Assembly: GCF_009914755.1 (NCBI RefSeq)
Contig: NC_060936.1
DNA from: the human T2T-CHM13v2.0 reference genome, Homo sapiens
Reading direction: 5' to 3' (one strand)
Length of the DNA: 64,000 nucleotides
Below, one piece after another: positions 1 through 13,526 of the stretch. Numbering within the stretch: the stretch's first letter is position 1; every line of letters begins with the position of its first letter. The notes below the pieces were generated by a model. It was given only the letters and a program-made list of their open reading frames with translations, was not told where the DNA came from and ran no database searches. A program made the translations under genes and the position numbers.

Positions 1-50
1 TTACTATCATTATTACTATCATCATCATTGTCATCATCATCTTCATCATC
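1..50. repeat. degenerate (CAT/TAT)n microsatellite
   Basis: ttactatcattattactatcatcatcattgtcatcatcatcttcatcatc. Confidence 0.8.
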
Positions 51-1159
51 GCCATTGGAAGCAACTGAAGAACTCTGCCAGAATGACAAGATTGGGTTTT
101 TGTGTTAGAAAAAGTCACCAGGTGCTGGTGTGCAGAACAGGTTGAAAGGAGTAAGATGGAGAGACAAGAGCTGAAGAGGCCCTGAGCTCTGGTGAGGGTA
201 TGGGTGCTACAGTCGGATAAGAAGGAACAGACGCATTGTCAGATATTTCCCTACACTACTAGCTAACATACAAGACCACAGAGGTGCACGCCATTGACAT
301 ATAAATTTCCTGAAAGGCTTCTAGAAGGAGGCTGAATTGAAGCTGGCAGGGAGGATGGATTGGCTTTGGAAGGGTGGCGATGGGGCGTTAACATCAATTT
401 ACACCAGAGGAACTCTCTGCTTTAAGACTCCTCCAACCTGGTTAGCTTCCAGGGTGAGAATGAAGAAACATACTTGTTGAGAAGTCTTTAAGGTCCTGGC
501 ACCAGGAGAGGAGCAGATTCTGAAAACAAAACCAAGAATGTCCTAAATACTGATGGTGTCAAAGCAGTGGTCGTTCTGACCACCAGTCAAGGCCATCTCC
601 TGATCAGCTGTCACCCAGTCCCAAGGACAATAATCAGAGTCAGATCCGGTGAATAACAGCACATAAATGAAAGCAGCTCTGTTAAAATGAAGAGGATGGT
701 GAGGAACTGCCTTCTTGGGTAGTTGGCTTCCCTGAAAAATGGCTCTACTCATTCAGTCTGTGTCCAATCAGCATATGCAGATTAGGACAAACCAGTGCTG
801 TGACCTTGCAGAGGCGGATATTGCACATCCTATTTGCAGGGATCCATCCATATGAGATATAGAATCTGGGGGCTTTTGTCTTCAAAGCTTGACAATCCTA
901 CACATAAATATTCATTCCATTACTTCTGATTTTACATTTGCATCACAAAAAGAATCAATGCCCAAATGCCACTCAGCCCTTCCAGGCACCCAAGAGAAAA
1001 AGTGGGAAAGGCTTAGGAGATGTGAATGGCTTTGGGCCTGGGCTAATTATGAGGAGGTGGCAGCACATCAGAATTCTGAAGACACCACATTTTTACCTAC
1101 TCAGCACCCTCCTGTTATTATTGTCATTACCCTATTTTATATTTTAATAGTACTTTTAA

Positions 1160-1645
1160 ATTATTGACTTTTATTGTCATGAATTTTAACCAGGTATGGA
1201 ATCTTGCAGTCACCGCCACAATCAAGACACAAAACAATTCCATTTCTCAAAAAGCTCCCTGGTGCCACTCCTTTCAAGTCACACACTCCCTTTGCTCTTA
1301 ACCTCCAGCCACTCTATCCCATAGTTTTGCCTTTTCTAAAACGTCATATAAATGGAATCCTGTAGTACATAACCTTTTGAGACTGGCTTTTTTACTTATG
1401 ATAATGCCTTTGAGATTCATCTCCAGGCCTTTGCATGTATCTGTAGGTCATTCCTTCTTATTGCTGAGTAGTATTCCATTATGTGAATGCACCAGTTGAT
1501 CCATTTATCTATTGAAGGACATTTGAGTTACTTTCAGATAATTATGAATAGAGCAGCTGTAAACATTCATGTACAGGTTTTTGAGTGAACATGTTTTCAT
1601 TTTTCTAAGGTAAATATTCAGGGGTGGGAGGGATGAGTCATATGC
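1160..1645 (-). mobile_element. old L1M (L1MB/MC-like) 3' fragment
   Basis: Typical L1M antisense tracts: tcatataaatggaatc...cttttgagactggcttttt, tgctgagtagtattccatt, gctgtaaacattcatgtacaggttttt. Confidence 0.75.
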
Positions 1646-1998
1646 CCCATGCTCCCAAAGTTTTTTACAGCTCTTCTATCTTTTGATCTTCTCAGTTTTT
1701 CCAGGAACTATCAAGCAAGTACAGAAACTGATATTATCTTCCTTAGCCCAGGGGTGTTGCACCAAACCATGTTGCCCATCACTAAATCTTCCATAATAAT
1801 ACCCTATGGCCCAATTAGGGTGAAGGGATATGTATGTGTGATTCCAGACTCTGGGCAGCATCTGGAGAGGGGAGGAAGTGGCTGCAGGAAGCACCCTCTC
1901 TCCTCTTCTACCATAATCCCTTGTCGGGCCCAGTGGGAGAAGAAGAAGGTCAGGTGACCACACAAGGAGTAGACTTTCTGAGAGCATGAGCTCCTTCA

Positions 1999-2427
<429 letters not shown>

Positions 2428-3709
2428 CTAAGTTCAAATCTGAGCTCTACTACTTATTAACTGTGTGACTCAATAAACAAGCCACTTAGCTTTGAAACTG
2501 AATTTTAACAATGTTCCAAAAGGAGAAATAAGGTATAGCATCTCACTACAAATCCTCCATCTCAAAACATGGGGCCTGGAGTGGCCCCCCAAGACCCTAC
2601 CCCTAAAACAAACTGGCTGTGGATATGGTGACAGATTAGAAAGTTAAACCCTTCACCTTCATGAAAGAATCTGGAATGGAGGTAAGAGGAATAAATAATT
2701 ATTGTTATATTTCATTATAAAGTGTTCATTGGAGAGAATATTGTTCAAATTCATTCAAAAGGCATGGCTGAATTATGGAAACAATAATATTGCAGAATGT
2801 AGTTAGAAGCTACCGGTATATAGGAAAATTGCCCAAATTAACTCTGTTCTCTTCCTGGGCCCCTGATGAATCTGATGACATTTTGCTACTGCCAAAAAGG
2901 GAGTTGGCATATAATAAGCATTCAACACCTTAATTGTTTCTGCTTGTTTTCCTCTTATTATTAACATTAGTGCTATAATTGCCTACAGTGGCAAACACCC
3001 TTAAGTTTACATATGAAGAGACCTGCACTTGGATGTGAGAAGGCTGGTAAGTGGCCTTTCTCCTGCCTCTGGCTGTGCTGTCATTCGAGGCTGTATCTTC
3101 ACAGCTCTGGATGCTGTGCTGCTGGGGAAGGAATTTTGTGCCTCTCTGAACTCAACGTGGAGCTGGGGTTCTATAATAGGTCTTAGAAGGGTGGGGGTGG
3201 TGAGGACTGGAACTTATTCTCCTGTCATCACCCTCCTGCTGGAGCCGAAACAAAAGCTTGCAGCAAATAAAACACCAGTTCTTCAGATTCCTGGAATTTA
3301 GTTAATTACCAGTTTTCCTCGCAACGATGGTTTTAATGCAATAAGGCAGTCACTTCTTTTGTATTTTATAAAATTTGGATACATAAGCCTTAATATTTCC
3401 TGAAATATTTCATAAAATCAGATAATGGCATGTTAGCTAGCTGAGGCTTGGTCCCTGAGTTAGCAGAGCCAAGAAAGTGGGTTTATTCCTATATTAACTA
3501 TATTAACTTTAACATATCATAACCTGCACCTTGAGGTTTTAAGTGTTTGGCAAAGTCTTGTGTCTGGCCATAAAATATCACATCAGTAGCACACATTTAA
3601 AGGGCATAAACCACATATAAGCCACTGAGCTCTGAAATAAAATGAGGCAACAGATACAATCCCTACCATTACAGTTTAGCTGGAAATAATGATGATGATA
3701 ATTATATAA

Positions 3710-3950
3710 TTCCAGCAGCAGCTAATGCTTCTACAGCACTCACCATGTGTCACATAATTTACGTATAGTAACTCATTGATCCTCTCATTGATGCTATGAG
3801 GTAGGCATTATTATCTCCATTTAATGGACAGGGAAACTAATGCACAGACAGTAAGTAATTTGAATAAGGCCATACAGCTAGAAACTATCAGAGCAAGGAT
3901 TCAAATGCAGGATACTCATATTTAACTGTAAAACACACCACAGGGCTCTA
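3710..3950 (-). mobile_element. MIR fragment
   Basis: gaggtaggcattattatctccatttaatggacagggaaact...ggattcaaatgcagg; approximate bounds. Confidence 0.65.
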
Positions 3951-4599
3951 TGCAAATAGAATGGATGCTCAGAAAATGTACAGATTAAGGAATCCAGTGC
4001 CTGAATTAGTATGCCTATCCAATGGGAGGTAAGGAAAGGAAGGGCTACGGAAGTTTAGAGGGAGTGAAAATCATTACAAAAGGATATGGTTGGGGAGGCT
4101 GCACAGAGCAGGCAGAGATGGAGCCAACTCCTCCAGATTGGCCAAGTTTATCCAGGCAAAGAGGTCTGGGGAGGGTGATGGGGCAAGCGAAATAGCATGA
4201 GAAAAGAAGCACTGGGACGTGAGCATGGCATCTGCACTGACGTTGGGAGGAATGTTTGGCGCCTAGATAGAAACCATCCCATGGAGCACACCGAATGGTC
4301 AGACTGAGGAAGGACACTGTGAACCCCACAGTGCTCAGGTGTAGCTATTGTTCAGCTAAAGCAGCATGGCTCGAAGAACAGAGAGGTTAGAGAAGGGACG
4401 TTTACTGGAAAACTACTAAGAGGCTGGACTATTTTCAGAGGGAAAATAATGGGAGGGATAAATGAAAAAGAAAGACATCAGAGTGGAAGCCTTGACTGAA
4501 TCCAAGTCTGCCTATACATTCAGAAGAACGAAGGAGAGGAAGCGGCAGAGTCAGCCTCATCCCCACCACCTTCTCTCCCACTCTCCTCCCTCACCCACT

Positions 4600-4895
4600 C
4601 CTCAGGAGCCACACTGGCTTCCTCGCAGTTTCTAAAACTCACCAGGCAAGCTCCTACCCTCACATGCTCTTCTCTGCCCCAAAAGCCCTGGATATCCACA
4701 TATATTGATCCCTCACTAACTTTGGGCCAGACTTAATTGCCTTTTTATTTTCTGCCCTTTCCTCCTTAGAATGTAATATAATGGACACAGTTTTGGTCTG
4801 TTTTGATCACTGCTGTATCTCTAGTGCCTAGAAAAGCATCCAACACTTAGTAAGCTCTCAATATGAATGAATGAGTGATTTAAAGAATGAATGAA
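4600..4895 (+). mobile_element. L2 3' end
   Basis: cactgctgtatctctagtgcctagaaaagc...tgaatgaatga terminus; approximate bounds. Confidence 0.65.
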
Positions 4896-7768
4896 TTGAA
4901 TCGCACATGTGGATATATTTATTATATGAAAAACTCCATTCAAAGTGCACTATTTAGCTGTTGATACATTATCATGCAACACACAGTTGAGCATTAACAT
5001 TCCTCAGATCTAGGGCAAGCCTAGCATCTCTGGTGAATAAGGAGTTAATGTGTCCTAATGCCAGTCAAGGACATCTTTCCTGGCACTTTCTCCATTTTTC
5101 CTTCACAAAATATATCAGATCTGAAATCCCGCAAGAGCCTGTCAGACTTAGGACTTGACAATGCATATGAATATTTCTTTGGCACCAAAAATGTGACAGA
5201 GTTAGAGATGATTATGATAACATGGAGATGAAGTGAAACAGAGGCATAAGGACAGAGGCATTTGAGTTTTATCCTTAAGTCATCCTGTGTGTGACAGGTG
5301 GCCTTCGTTGAGCTCCTTCAACCTATTCTTACACAAGATTGTTACAAAGAGGTGTTATTACTGTCCACTGCACTCTACCTCACAGACCAACTTGGGAGGG
5401 TACAAGGGATTGTTCCAGATATTTTATAAAAGCTGTGGGTGCTAGCAAAGAGAAATGGCCTTTAAAGAAGCTTTCAAGTAAAGAAGACAGATGGATTCAC
5501 CATGGAAACTGGGATTCTGAAGTTGTACCAGGAGCTTCAGCAGCTCATAAAATTTTGGAGGAGATAAAGAAGATAAAGAAGACTACCAAGATTTCCACAT
5601 GCAAGATTCCCAATGAATTTAGGGTTCTCCAGTTATTAGCACAATCACCTGAGGTTCTAATACGGTATCAGCATCTTCAGAGTCATGAAGCTGGGGTGGG
5701 GCGGAAATGTCAAAGACCTCCGCCAGGCGGAGGCCAGGGTGAGTGAGGATCCAGTGACAGGCAAGGCAGGGGGACAGGTGTGTCTCTGCCCTCCTGGCAA
5801 TCAATCAGATCTGTCAGTTCCAAATTGAGGCACGGAAATGCCAGCATGTGTACTTACTGTCACATTGTGACCCACTTACAGCCCAGCAGAGCTTCTTCCT
5901 TTGGTCAATAAAGTCAGCCCTATGCGAGGGACACTCCGGTTTATGGAATGTTAGTATTGGGATGCAGCCTGGCGATCCCACCACGCACACTGCATGCCCC
6001 TCGGGGTTCACAACGGACCATCACAGGAGAGGACTCGAACAATCCTTTGGTAAAGAAACTTATGTAACCCTGACACAGCATTTCCCCAAACTTATTTTCC
6101 CATGGATTTCTTTTTCTCAAGAATAGCCATTATGTTTCCCAGAACACTCATAGGCTATGAAACAGTTTGAGAAATGCCAGTTGAGCAACTTTCTGCCTGT
6201 ACAGAGGAGGAAACAGAGGCCTGGGAAATTCATTACCTATCGAAGACCAAACAGCCATTGTCTGCTTCTGTCTCCATCTCTTTTGTTTTTAATTTAGTCT
6301 CCACACATGTATTGAGTACCTACTCTGCACCAGGAGCTGCCCTGAACAGTCGACAGCAAGATACGGCAGACATTTCCATGTCTCAGGCTTTTAGGACTAA
6401 TGGGATGCCAGTGTACTTCAGTTGTCCTTAATGGACCTCCAATTATAATGCAAACATAATTATTATAAGGTGACTGCTACAAAAGTGAAATATCAATAAC
6501 CACGTTGGTAGAAAAATGAAGTTCAATTTTTCCAGTTGACTAAGGGTTAAGCCAAAAAACTTACTTTCAACCCTTTTGATGAAAATCATTCTAAACTATA
6601 GTCATTCAAACATATTCAGTGAGCATCTGCTATGTGTCATGATACAGGGAGGTAAATGATATACAGAAATTAAGACACAAAAGACCATACATGGTTTAGG
6701 ACATTATGTTTACTATGTACTTATTCCAGGAATATCCTAGAAACTGTCATTACTTTTAATAATTTCTTTATATAAGCTTTCTTTGTTATCATTATATCTT
6801 TTCCCCTCTAAAAGTGGCAAGGGGACATAGTTATTTTAGGGTTGGTTACTTTTTGTTACAGAAGTGATATTTTCCTATGAAAATAGAAAGTTCTCAGCAA
6901 ACACTTGGCTGACTGGGAAGCCGATGCCTCACCATTCAAAGAACAGGGCAGGCTTAACACATGCATACAAGGAGGGGACTCCTGTGCCTGTCTCACACAG
7001 GAGCCGAGGAATAATCAGGGGCTTTGAAGAAGTCATTGCCAAATAGGTCCTGAAAGAACTTTATAATCTAAGATCCGACAAGCCACATAGCAGCACAGTT
7101 GGAGACCTCACTTACTCAGTTCTCTTCTGAAATACCTGCCCGATTTAGATGGTGTGACAGGCATAGAAACCACAAGGTGAGAAAATTCTATCTGGGATTC
7201 TAAATGTCAAATATTTCTTATCTACATTACCCTCTCTTCCTTCCCCCTCAACCATTGGTCATGAAACTATCTTTCACTGTTCTCAAATTCACATGGCTAA
7301 TAAAGAGTGAAAAGTACTGCCTTATGCTGTGGACACTATATGAATTACATAACTGTCTTCTTATTCATTCATTCATTGACTAGTTGGTTAATTAATTCAT
7401 CTATTAATATGTGAGCACCTATATGTACGAGACCCTATTTTAATTACTGCAGATCCATTAGTGAACAAAACAGACAAATTCTTGCCTTCATTGAGTTTAC
7501 AGTCTAGTATGAAGAGACAATTAAATATTATAAATATGTTAAATATTAATATATCACACCATACAACATATAAATTCTATTAACATATAAAAAGATGGAA
7601 GGACAGAGAAGAGTAAACTTTCTTTAGATCCTCTTCCAAATTTTAGATCAGATACTCATCTGGTGGCCTGAACTTAGACTGGTCATTCCCTGGAAACCCT
7701 TGTCTTTAACAATATACCACTCGTAAGCATCTTCCTCTCTGAGTCTAGCCCCACTAGCCTGATGTACA

Positions 7769-8103
7769 TTTTCTTTTCTTTTCTTTTTATTTCTTTTTTT
7801 TTTTTTTGTATTGTTTTTGTTTTTGAGATAGGGTCTTGCTCTGTTGCCCAGGCTGGAGTGCAGTGGCACAATCACAGCTCACTGAAGCCTTAACCTGGGC
7901 TCAAGCGATCTTCCCACCTCAGCCTCCCAAGTAGCTGGGACTACAGGTGCTTTCCACCATGCCCAGCTAATTTTTAATTTTTTTGTAAAGACAGATATTT
8001 GTCTTGTTGCCCAGCCTGGTCTCAAACTCCTGGGCTCAAGTGATCTTCTCACCTCAACCTCCCAAAGTGCTGGGATTATAGGCATGAGCCACCACACCCA
8101 GCT
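7769..8103 (-). mobile_element. AluJ element
   Basis: Antisense Alu with T-rich tail; AluJ-type ctgggctcaagcgatc and ctcctgggctcaagtgatc. Confidence 0.9.
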
Positions 8104-8325
8104 GAATTTTCAGAAGAACAACTTCGAGTTTATGTCGGAAAAACATATTAACATTTATTTTTTCCACTTAAAATCAGAAGTCCTGTTTCATCCCAGGCTT
8201 GGAGCAGACACTTTTTCTAGAGTAAGCAAATGGGCTGAAGAAATAGGATTACTGGTATAATAGCTTGCCTTTGATTTGTAACAGATATTTGGGGAAATAT
8301 TCTCGATGAGTCAATTTCACACCTG

Positions 8326-8430
8326 TTTGGTTGGTGCAAAAGTAATTGTGGTTTTTGCCATTAAAAGTAATTATTTTTTAATGACAAAACCGAATGGCAA
8401 AAACCGCGATTACTTTTGCACCAGCCTTAA
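8326..8430. mobile_element. MADE1 (Hsmar1-derived MITE) with an internal insertion of about 24 bp
   Basis: ggttggtgcaaaagtaattgtggtttttgccatt ... aatggcaaaaaccgcgattacttttgcacc inverted termini. Confidence 0.92.
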
Positions 8431-8649
8431 TATAGTTTAAACATGCAAATTAGAGGGAAACAGACTCACTAATTGGGATACTTCCTCACCTACCTAGTGG
8501 GAAGTTACTCACAAATGGTCTTATTGAACTCCATGATAATTCTATCATGAGACCAGGCCACTGAATCCTTTTCATGGTCTGAAATATGCATCTCATGTTC
8601 TCTTTGTCAATGGATTACAGAGAAGGTAGCCTACTTCAAAATTCTTGAA

Positions 8650-9270
8650 ATTCCAAGGCAGGAGCTAATTAACAAATGGAAAATGTTTCTAACCTACAGC
8701 AAAGAATGCTGTAAAATAAAACGTTTCTCTTTCAAATAAGAGGCTCCATCACTAGGCAGGTGAGATACTTAGTGAAAGGATAGACATGACCAGTTGTTGG
8801 GAGTGTGGGGCAACTTATTAAACACACAGGGAAGGGTCTTGTTTTCTTTAAAAACTTAAGTGACAGGATGAAAAAACCTGCTCTTTAAACCTGCTGTAGG
8901 CATCAAATTGGATTGGATGGATGGCTACTTGAGAAATAGAATTAAACATCAAAACAGTAAGTCTGGCCTGACAAAAGAAGATATTAAAAGGATGAAGTTA
9001 AATTAGGAAGCATACAAAATAATTCTTACAGGATGTAAAACCACACTGCACTAGAACTAGAAGGGACAGGAACAGGCTTTGTCAAATGCATGCTCAAGAA
9101 AAATCATGCAGTTCTACCTGACCACATACTGCATGCATACATAATGCAGTGCTGCTTTTTTAAAATAAAGAGCCTGTCACTGGACGCTAAAGAGCAATAT
9201 GTGGAATGGATGTGGTCAGGCTGCGTTATACACCAGTAGGAGGGCTTCTGACCACCGTGTGTTCTCTTCC
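8650..9270 (+). mobile_element. possible highly diverged CR1/L3 fragment
   Basis: Weak resemblance to the L3 RT region (atcaaattggattggatgg..., ggatgaagttaaattagg, ctgaccacatactgcatg). Confidence 0.4.
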
Positions 9271-9481
9271 ATAACTCACAGCAGAAGGTTCAGAAATGAT
9301 TAAAAGTGAGGGGAGCAAGTCTTCTTGTAAAAGATTAAGACTATATTTAGCCTTGAAAGGAGCAAAAGAGGAAATTCCTCTGTTGTATTTACCATCCTAT
9401 TTTTTAAGAACGAAGTGTCTGCCTCCCTCACTAGACTCTGAGAGTAGGGCTGTTTCAGCATATCTCCAACGTCTCACAAGG

Positions 9482-9597
9482 TAGGGTTTCCATGACATTT
9501 TGGGACATACTTATACTAAAATCATATTCACAATTTACCTGAAATTCACATTTAACTCGGTGTCCTGTATTCTTATTTGCTAAATCTGTTAGCTCTA
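9482..9597. mobile_element. MER53-like hAT MITE half
   Basis: tttgggacatacttatactaaaa...ctgaaattcacatttaactcggtgtcctgtattcttatttgctaaatctg. Confidence 0.75.
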
Positions 9598-10670
9598 TTC
9601 AAAGATTAACTAGTAACTATTCAATAACGATTAAGCTAATTGTTGTTATATACTAGGTATTATTGTAAATGCAGAGGATATAGTAACTTTTAAAAGCCAG
9701 GTAGATGATACAACAGAGGCTTTAGTTAATTCAAAGAAATGAGGACAGGAGCAGGATTTTGGTAACAGGTAGAATCCAAGTTGAACAAGGGGCTTACAAG
9801 GTGATTGAGGGTGGCAGTTTCTAGAGACTTTGAGATAACAAAACAGAGCTACTGATCTTTTCTATTCTGAGGGCCTCTAGGCCTTAGCTATAGGCAGTCT
9901 GGCAGATGCTAAGGACTCCTGAGATAGACTAGGTGGTTGGACACTAACCTTAGTACCAACAAAAAGATCAGAGATTATGTTTATGCAGAGCTGTTCTGAT
10001 TTTCCTGTACTCTATTCCAGTAAGTGCTATGTAGTATTTAGAATCTATCTGATGAATGAATAAATGAAAAGTAGGCGGTGAGACTGAAAAGCAATGAAAC
10101 TGACTTGTATCCCTCATTTAGAGAACATCATTACATTCTACTTGCAACTAACAGATACACAGGATAAGTCACATTAATAGCTAGTATGCTTTAAGAATGA
10201 ATTTGCCAGGAAAAACCCTATGTGGTATAGAGGTTGGAAGACAAGCTCTCTGGGCTGGGAATGGAGAAGAGGAGCTTCAGGAACTAAAACCACTGGGACT
10301 CGGCCTCTCCCAAACTCACATCTAACTTGAAATTACTATGAATTTTCCAAATGGCAAGGGGCCTTCAGAGAGAGTATTTCCTTTAATAGTGGACAGATTA
10401 TGATAGACTATCAACTATGGCAATAAAAACAACTTTATTGCTAAACACAGTAGTCAAAATGGGTATTAATTAAAAACTTAGAAATGTTATAAATTATCTG
10501 GCTGCATCAATAATTTGCAATGAAACTAAGGCTCTTCTCTAAGTCTCTGAGAGAGCTTGAAGTAGAATAAATTAGGTTTACTTTTTCTGAGTGTCTGAAG
10601 GAACAGAAAATTCTTTGGCAATATATGCCATGCAAGCAGGGAAGGCCTTAAGAAAGACCTAGTTTTTAAA

Positions 10671-11230
10671 TTTTTATTTATTTATTTTATTTTAAGTTCT
10701 GGGATACATGTGTAGAACGTGCAGGTTTGTTACATAGGTATACACGTACCACGGTGGTTGGCTCCACCTATCAATTCCCCATCTAGGTTTTAAGCCCCGC
10801 ATGCATTAGGTATTTTTCCTAATGCTCTCCCTCCCCTAGCCCCCCACTCCCGACAGGTGCTGGTGTGTGATGTTCCCCTCCCTGTGTCCATGTGTTCTCA
10901 TTGCTTAATTCCTACTTATGAATGAGAACACGTGGTGTTTGGTTTTCTGTTCCTGTGTTAGTTTCTCACTAGTTTGTTGAGAATGATGGCTTCCAGCTTT
11001 ATCCATGTCCCTGCAAAGGACATGAACTCATTTTTTTTATGGCTGCATAGTATTCCATGGTGTGTAAGTGCCACATTTTCTTTATCCAGTCTATCATTGA
11101 TGGGCATTTAGGTTGGTTCCAAGTCTTTGCTATTGTAAATAGTGCTGCAATAAACATATGTGTGCATGTGTCTTTATAGTAGAATGATTTATAATCCTTT
11201 GGGCATATACCCGGCAATGGAATTGCTGGG
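10671..11230 (-). mobile_element. 5'-truncated L1PA (about L1PA7-8) 3' end
   Basis: Antisense L1 3'UTR and ORF2 C-terminus ([26 protein letters not shown]); degenerate TSD gaaagacc(t)agtttt at about 10652 and 11231. Confidence 0.93.
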
Positions 11231-11819
11231 GAAAGACCAGTTTTATAATTTGCCCACTCCTGTGAGAAACCATTTCCTTGGGGTAGAGCCCAGTAGTCAG
11301 GTGGAATCATAGTTGAAGCTCACTCTTGAAGTCATTGTTTTCTACCACAGAGATGGGCAAAAGACACAGATTCAGAAATGCTCACTGAGCCCTTACTATG
11401 TGCCTAGGAGGATGCTGGGAGCATGCTTTCAAAAGACCCACAAGGTTGGCTGCAAAGAGGTACTAGGCACCTCTTGTCTGAGAGGGCCATGAAGATGCTC
11501 TTCATCCAGGCATCCTCGGAGCCAGAGCTAGTTTCAAGGGGTCTAAGCACTGCGACTCGCCTGCTGCCCCTTCCACATCTTTTTTAGCCCTGACGTTTGA
11601 CCTTCCCTCCACCAGCCCTCCTACTCCCACCTCAAAATCTCACTGAAACAAGTGAGTGCCTGGGGCAAGCAGGGTGGAAGGAGGGCTGAGTGGTGGGCTC
11701 TTGGGTGTATTTGTAGCAGTTTGTGGCTTTCAGGGCACATGTTAATCATCTGCTAGAAACAGCGTGGGCTTTGTGAGCTGGGTTTAGGAGCGAACCCTGG
11801 GTGGATGTAGGACGTGACC

Positions 11820-12000
11820 ACTAATATTTATTGAGGATTTAGCATGCTTGAGGCACTCTTCTAAGCTTTACAAAGAGTAACTCTTTCATCAGCACAGCAG
11901 CTATAAAGTAGGTAACATTTTAATCCCCATTCTACACATTAGGAAACTGAGGCATGAGAAGGGTTTAGGAACCTAGCCAGATCACATAGCTTCTTGTCTT
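11820..12000 (-). mobile_element. MIR fragment
   Basis: tttattgagg...taggtaacattttaatccccattctacacattaggaaactgaggc. Confidence 0.65.
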
Positions 12001-12631
12001 AGTTTTCTCTACTGCACAGTAGAGGTAGCATCTACCTAAAAGTGGGAGATGGCAAATGAGTCAAAGAATGTAAAGCATCTAGCCTGGAGAATGCCACCCA
12101 GCAGTCACTAATGACAGGTATGCTCTCTGAGACTGTAACTATTGATGTGGTTTCATGTGATTACCATGAATGAGGGCCATGGTTGCTAATATTGCAAAAG
12201 AACACATAATACAAAGGTTAATATATTTTTGGCTTTGGACTGCAATTTTCAATAGGCAGACTCCAACCTATGAACACATTGTCCTCAATAGTTCATTTAT
12301 AAATCAGCTGCTCACAAACAGAAATATGCTGCCCCCAAGAAACAATACTATAAGTGGTTGGCTCATTAAAGCCAATTTAATCCAAAAGAGAGCAGAACTT
12401 TTGTGTTAATATTATTAGCTTATGTTCTTGGAACATTTACTCATTTAATAAACTTCTACAATGTACCAGGTACTGTCTCAGGAGCTGGAAAGACATAATT
12501 ATTGAAAGCATGTCTCTTGCCTCAAGGAGCTTATGATTCAGTGAAGGAAATGAGCACTCGCTCAATGATTCTAGTGGAGGGTGACGGGTGTGTTTGGGCC
12601 ATTGTAGGAGGACAGGGGTGGGTGTCTGGGG

Positions 12632-13026
12632 TGTGGAGTCTTGATAAGTTGATAGAAACAAGAAAGAGGCCCTCGCTGGCAGGAACAGGAATGAGGGTAG
12701 GAGAGAGCCATTGTTCTAAGAAGTGGCTAACAAGCTATTGTTGTAAGAAATGGCTAACCACAAACATCCTGTTCCCAAATACCTCCTTCCAAACAGCCCC
12801 AGCAGCATGAACCTATCTGCAGTAGCCTTTCCAGCATGACCCTATAAAACTCCCCTCCATCCTCTGCATCTTGGCAGACAGGCTTCTCTCTGCTGTACTG
12901 CCTGTTGCACTCTTGCAATGCACCTTTCTTAGTTTCTCTAATAAATCTGCCTTTCTTTACCCACAACTGTCTTGGTAAATTCTTTTACCACCTGTGATGT
13001 AGCCCTAGCCAGTTGCACCCATGACA
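12632..13026 (+). mobile_element. solo LTR, ERVL-type (MER73/MER54-like)
   Basis: TG...CA termini (tgtggagtc ... catgaca), 5-bp TSD TGGGG (12627-12631 and 13027-13031), TATAAAA near 12843, AATAAA near 12940. Subfamily uncertain. Confidence 0.8.
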
Positions 13027-13526
13027 TGGGGGTGACAAAGGCCAGAAATGGGTAATGAAGTATTGGAGGAAAGGAAAATGAATTGCATTTGCTTGGGTTC
13101 AGAGCTGGCCCCCATACTTCATTTATCTATACCTGTACTCCACTTGCTGAGCTCTGGTGCTTTCCTAACCTCCTTTTGGGGCATCCAAGCCTGACACCCC
13201 CTATTTTCACATCCACAAAATCAAAAGCCCTGTTCTTTCGGTCTAAGTGATGACATCTAGGTGTTAAAAGGAAGATAATTTGAAAACAATGTCTTACTGA
13301 TGTGTGATTAAACAAGCATTCAACTTCCCCAAAATTGTTTTTGTTGTTTATATAAAGGGTTAAACTGGAAGTTTAAATACATAAAAGCATGCTAAAAAAA
13401 TGTAGTGGTCATGAAGGCCACTTTACATGGGTCATGAAGGCCCAGTTTACAGATTGCCTTGGGAACTATTTTAAGTCATTCCTCCTTCTTTACTGAACCA
13501 CTAATTTTTCAGATGCTGTAAGGATA

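Noticed and set aside
3030-3045. ggatgtgag resembles the 5' end of 7SK RNA
   Set aside because: The match stops after 9 nt.
13405-13451. gtggtcatgaag matches the start of the 154-nt exon in inverted orientation; also a 23-bp tandem duplication
   Set aside because: About 3 such 12-mer matches are expected by chance between 885 exon nt and 64 kb, and it lies 22 kb away.
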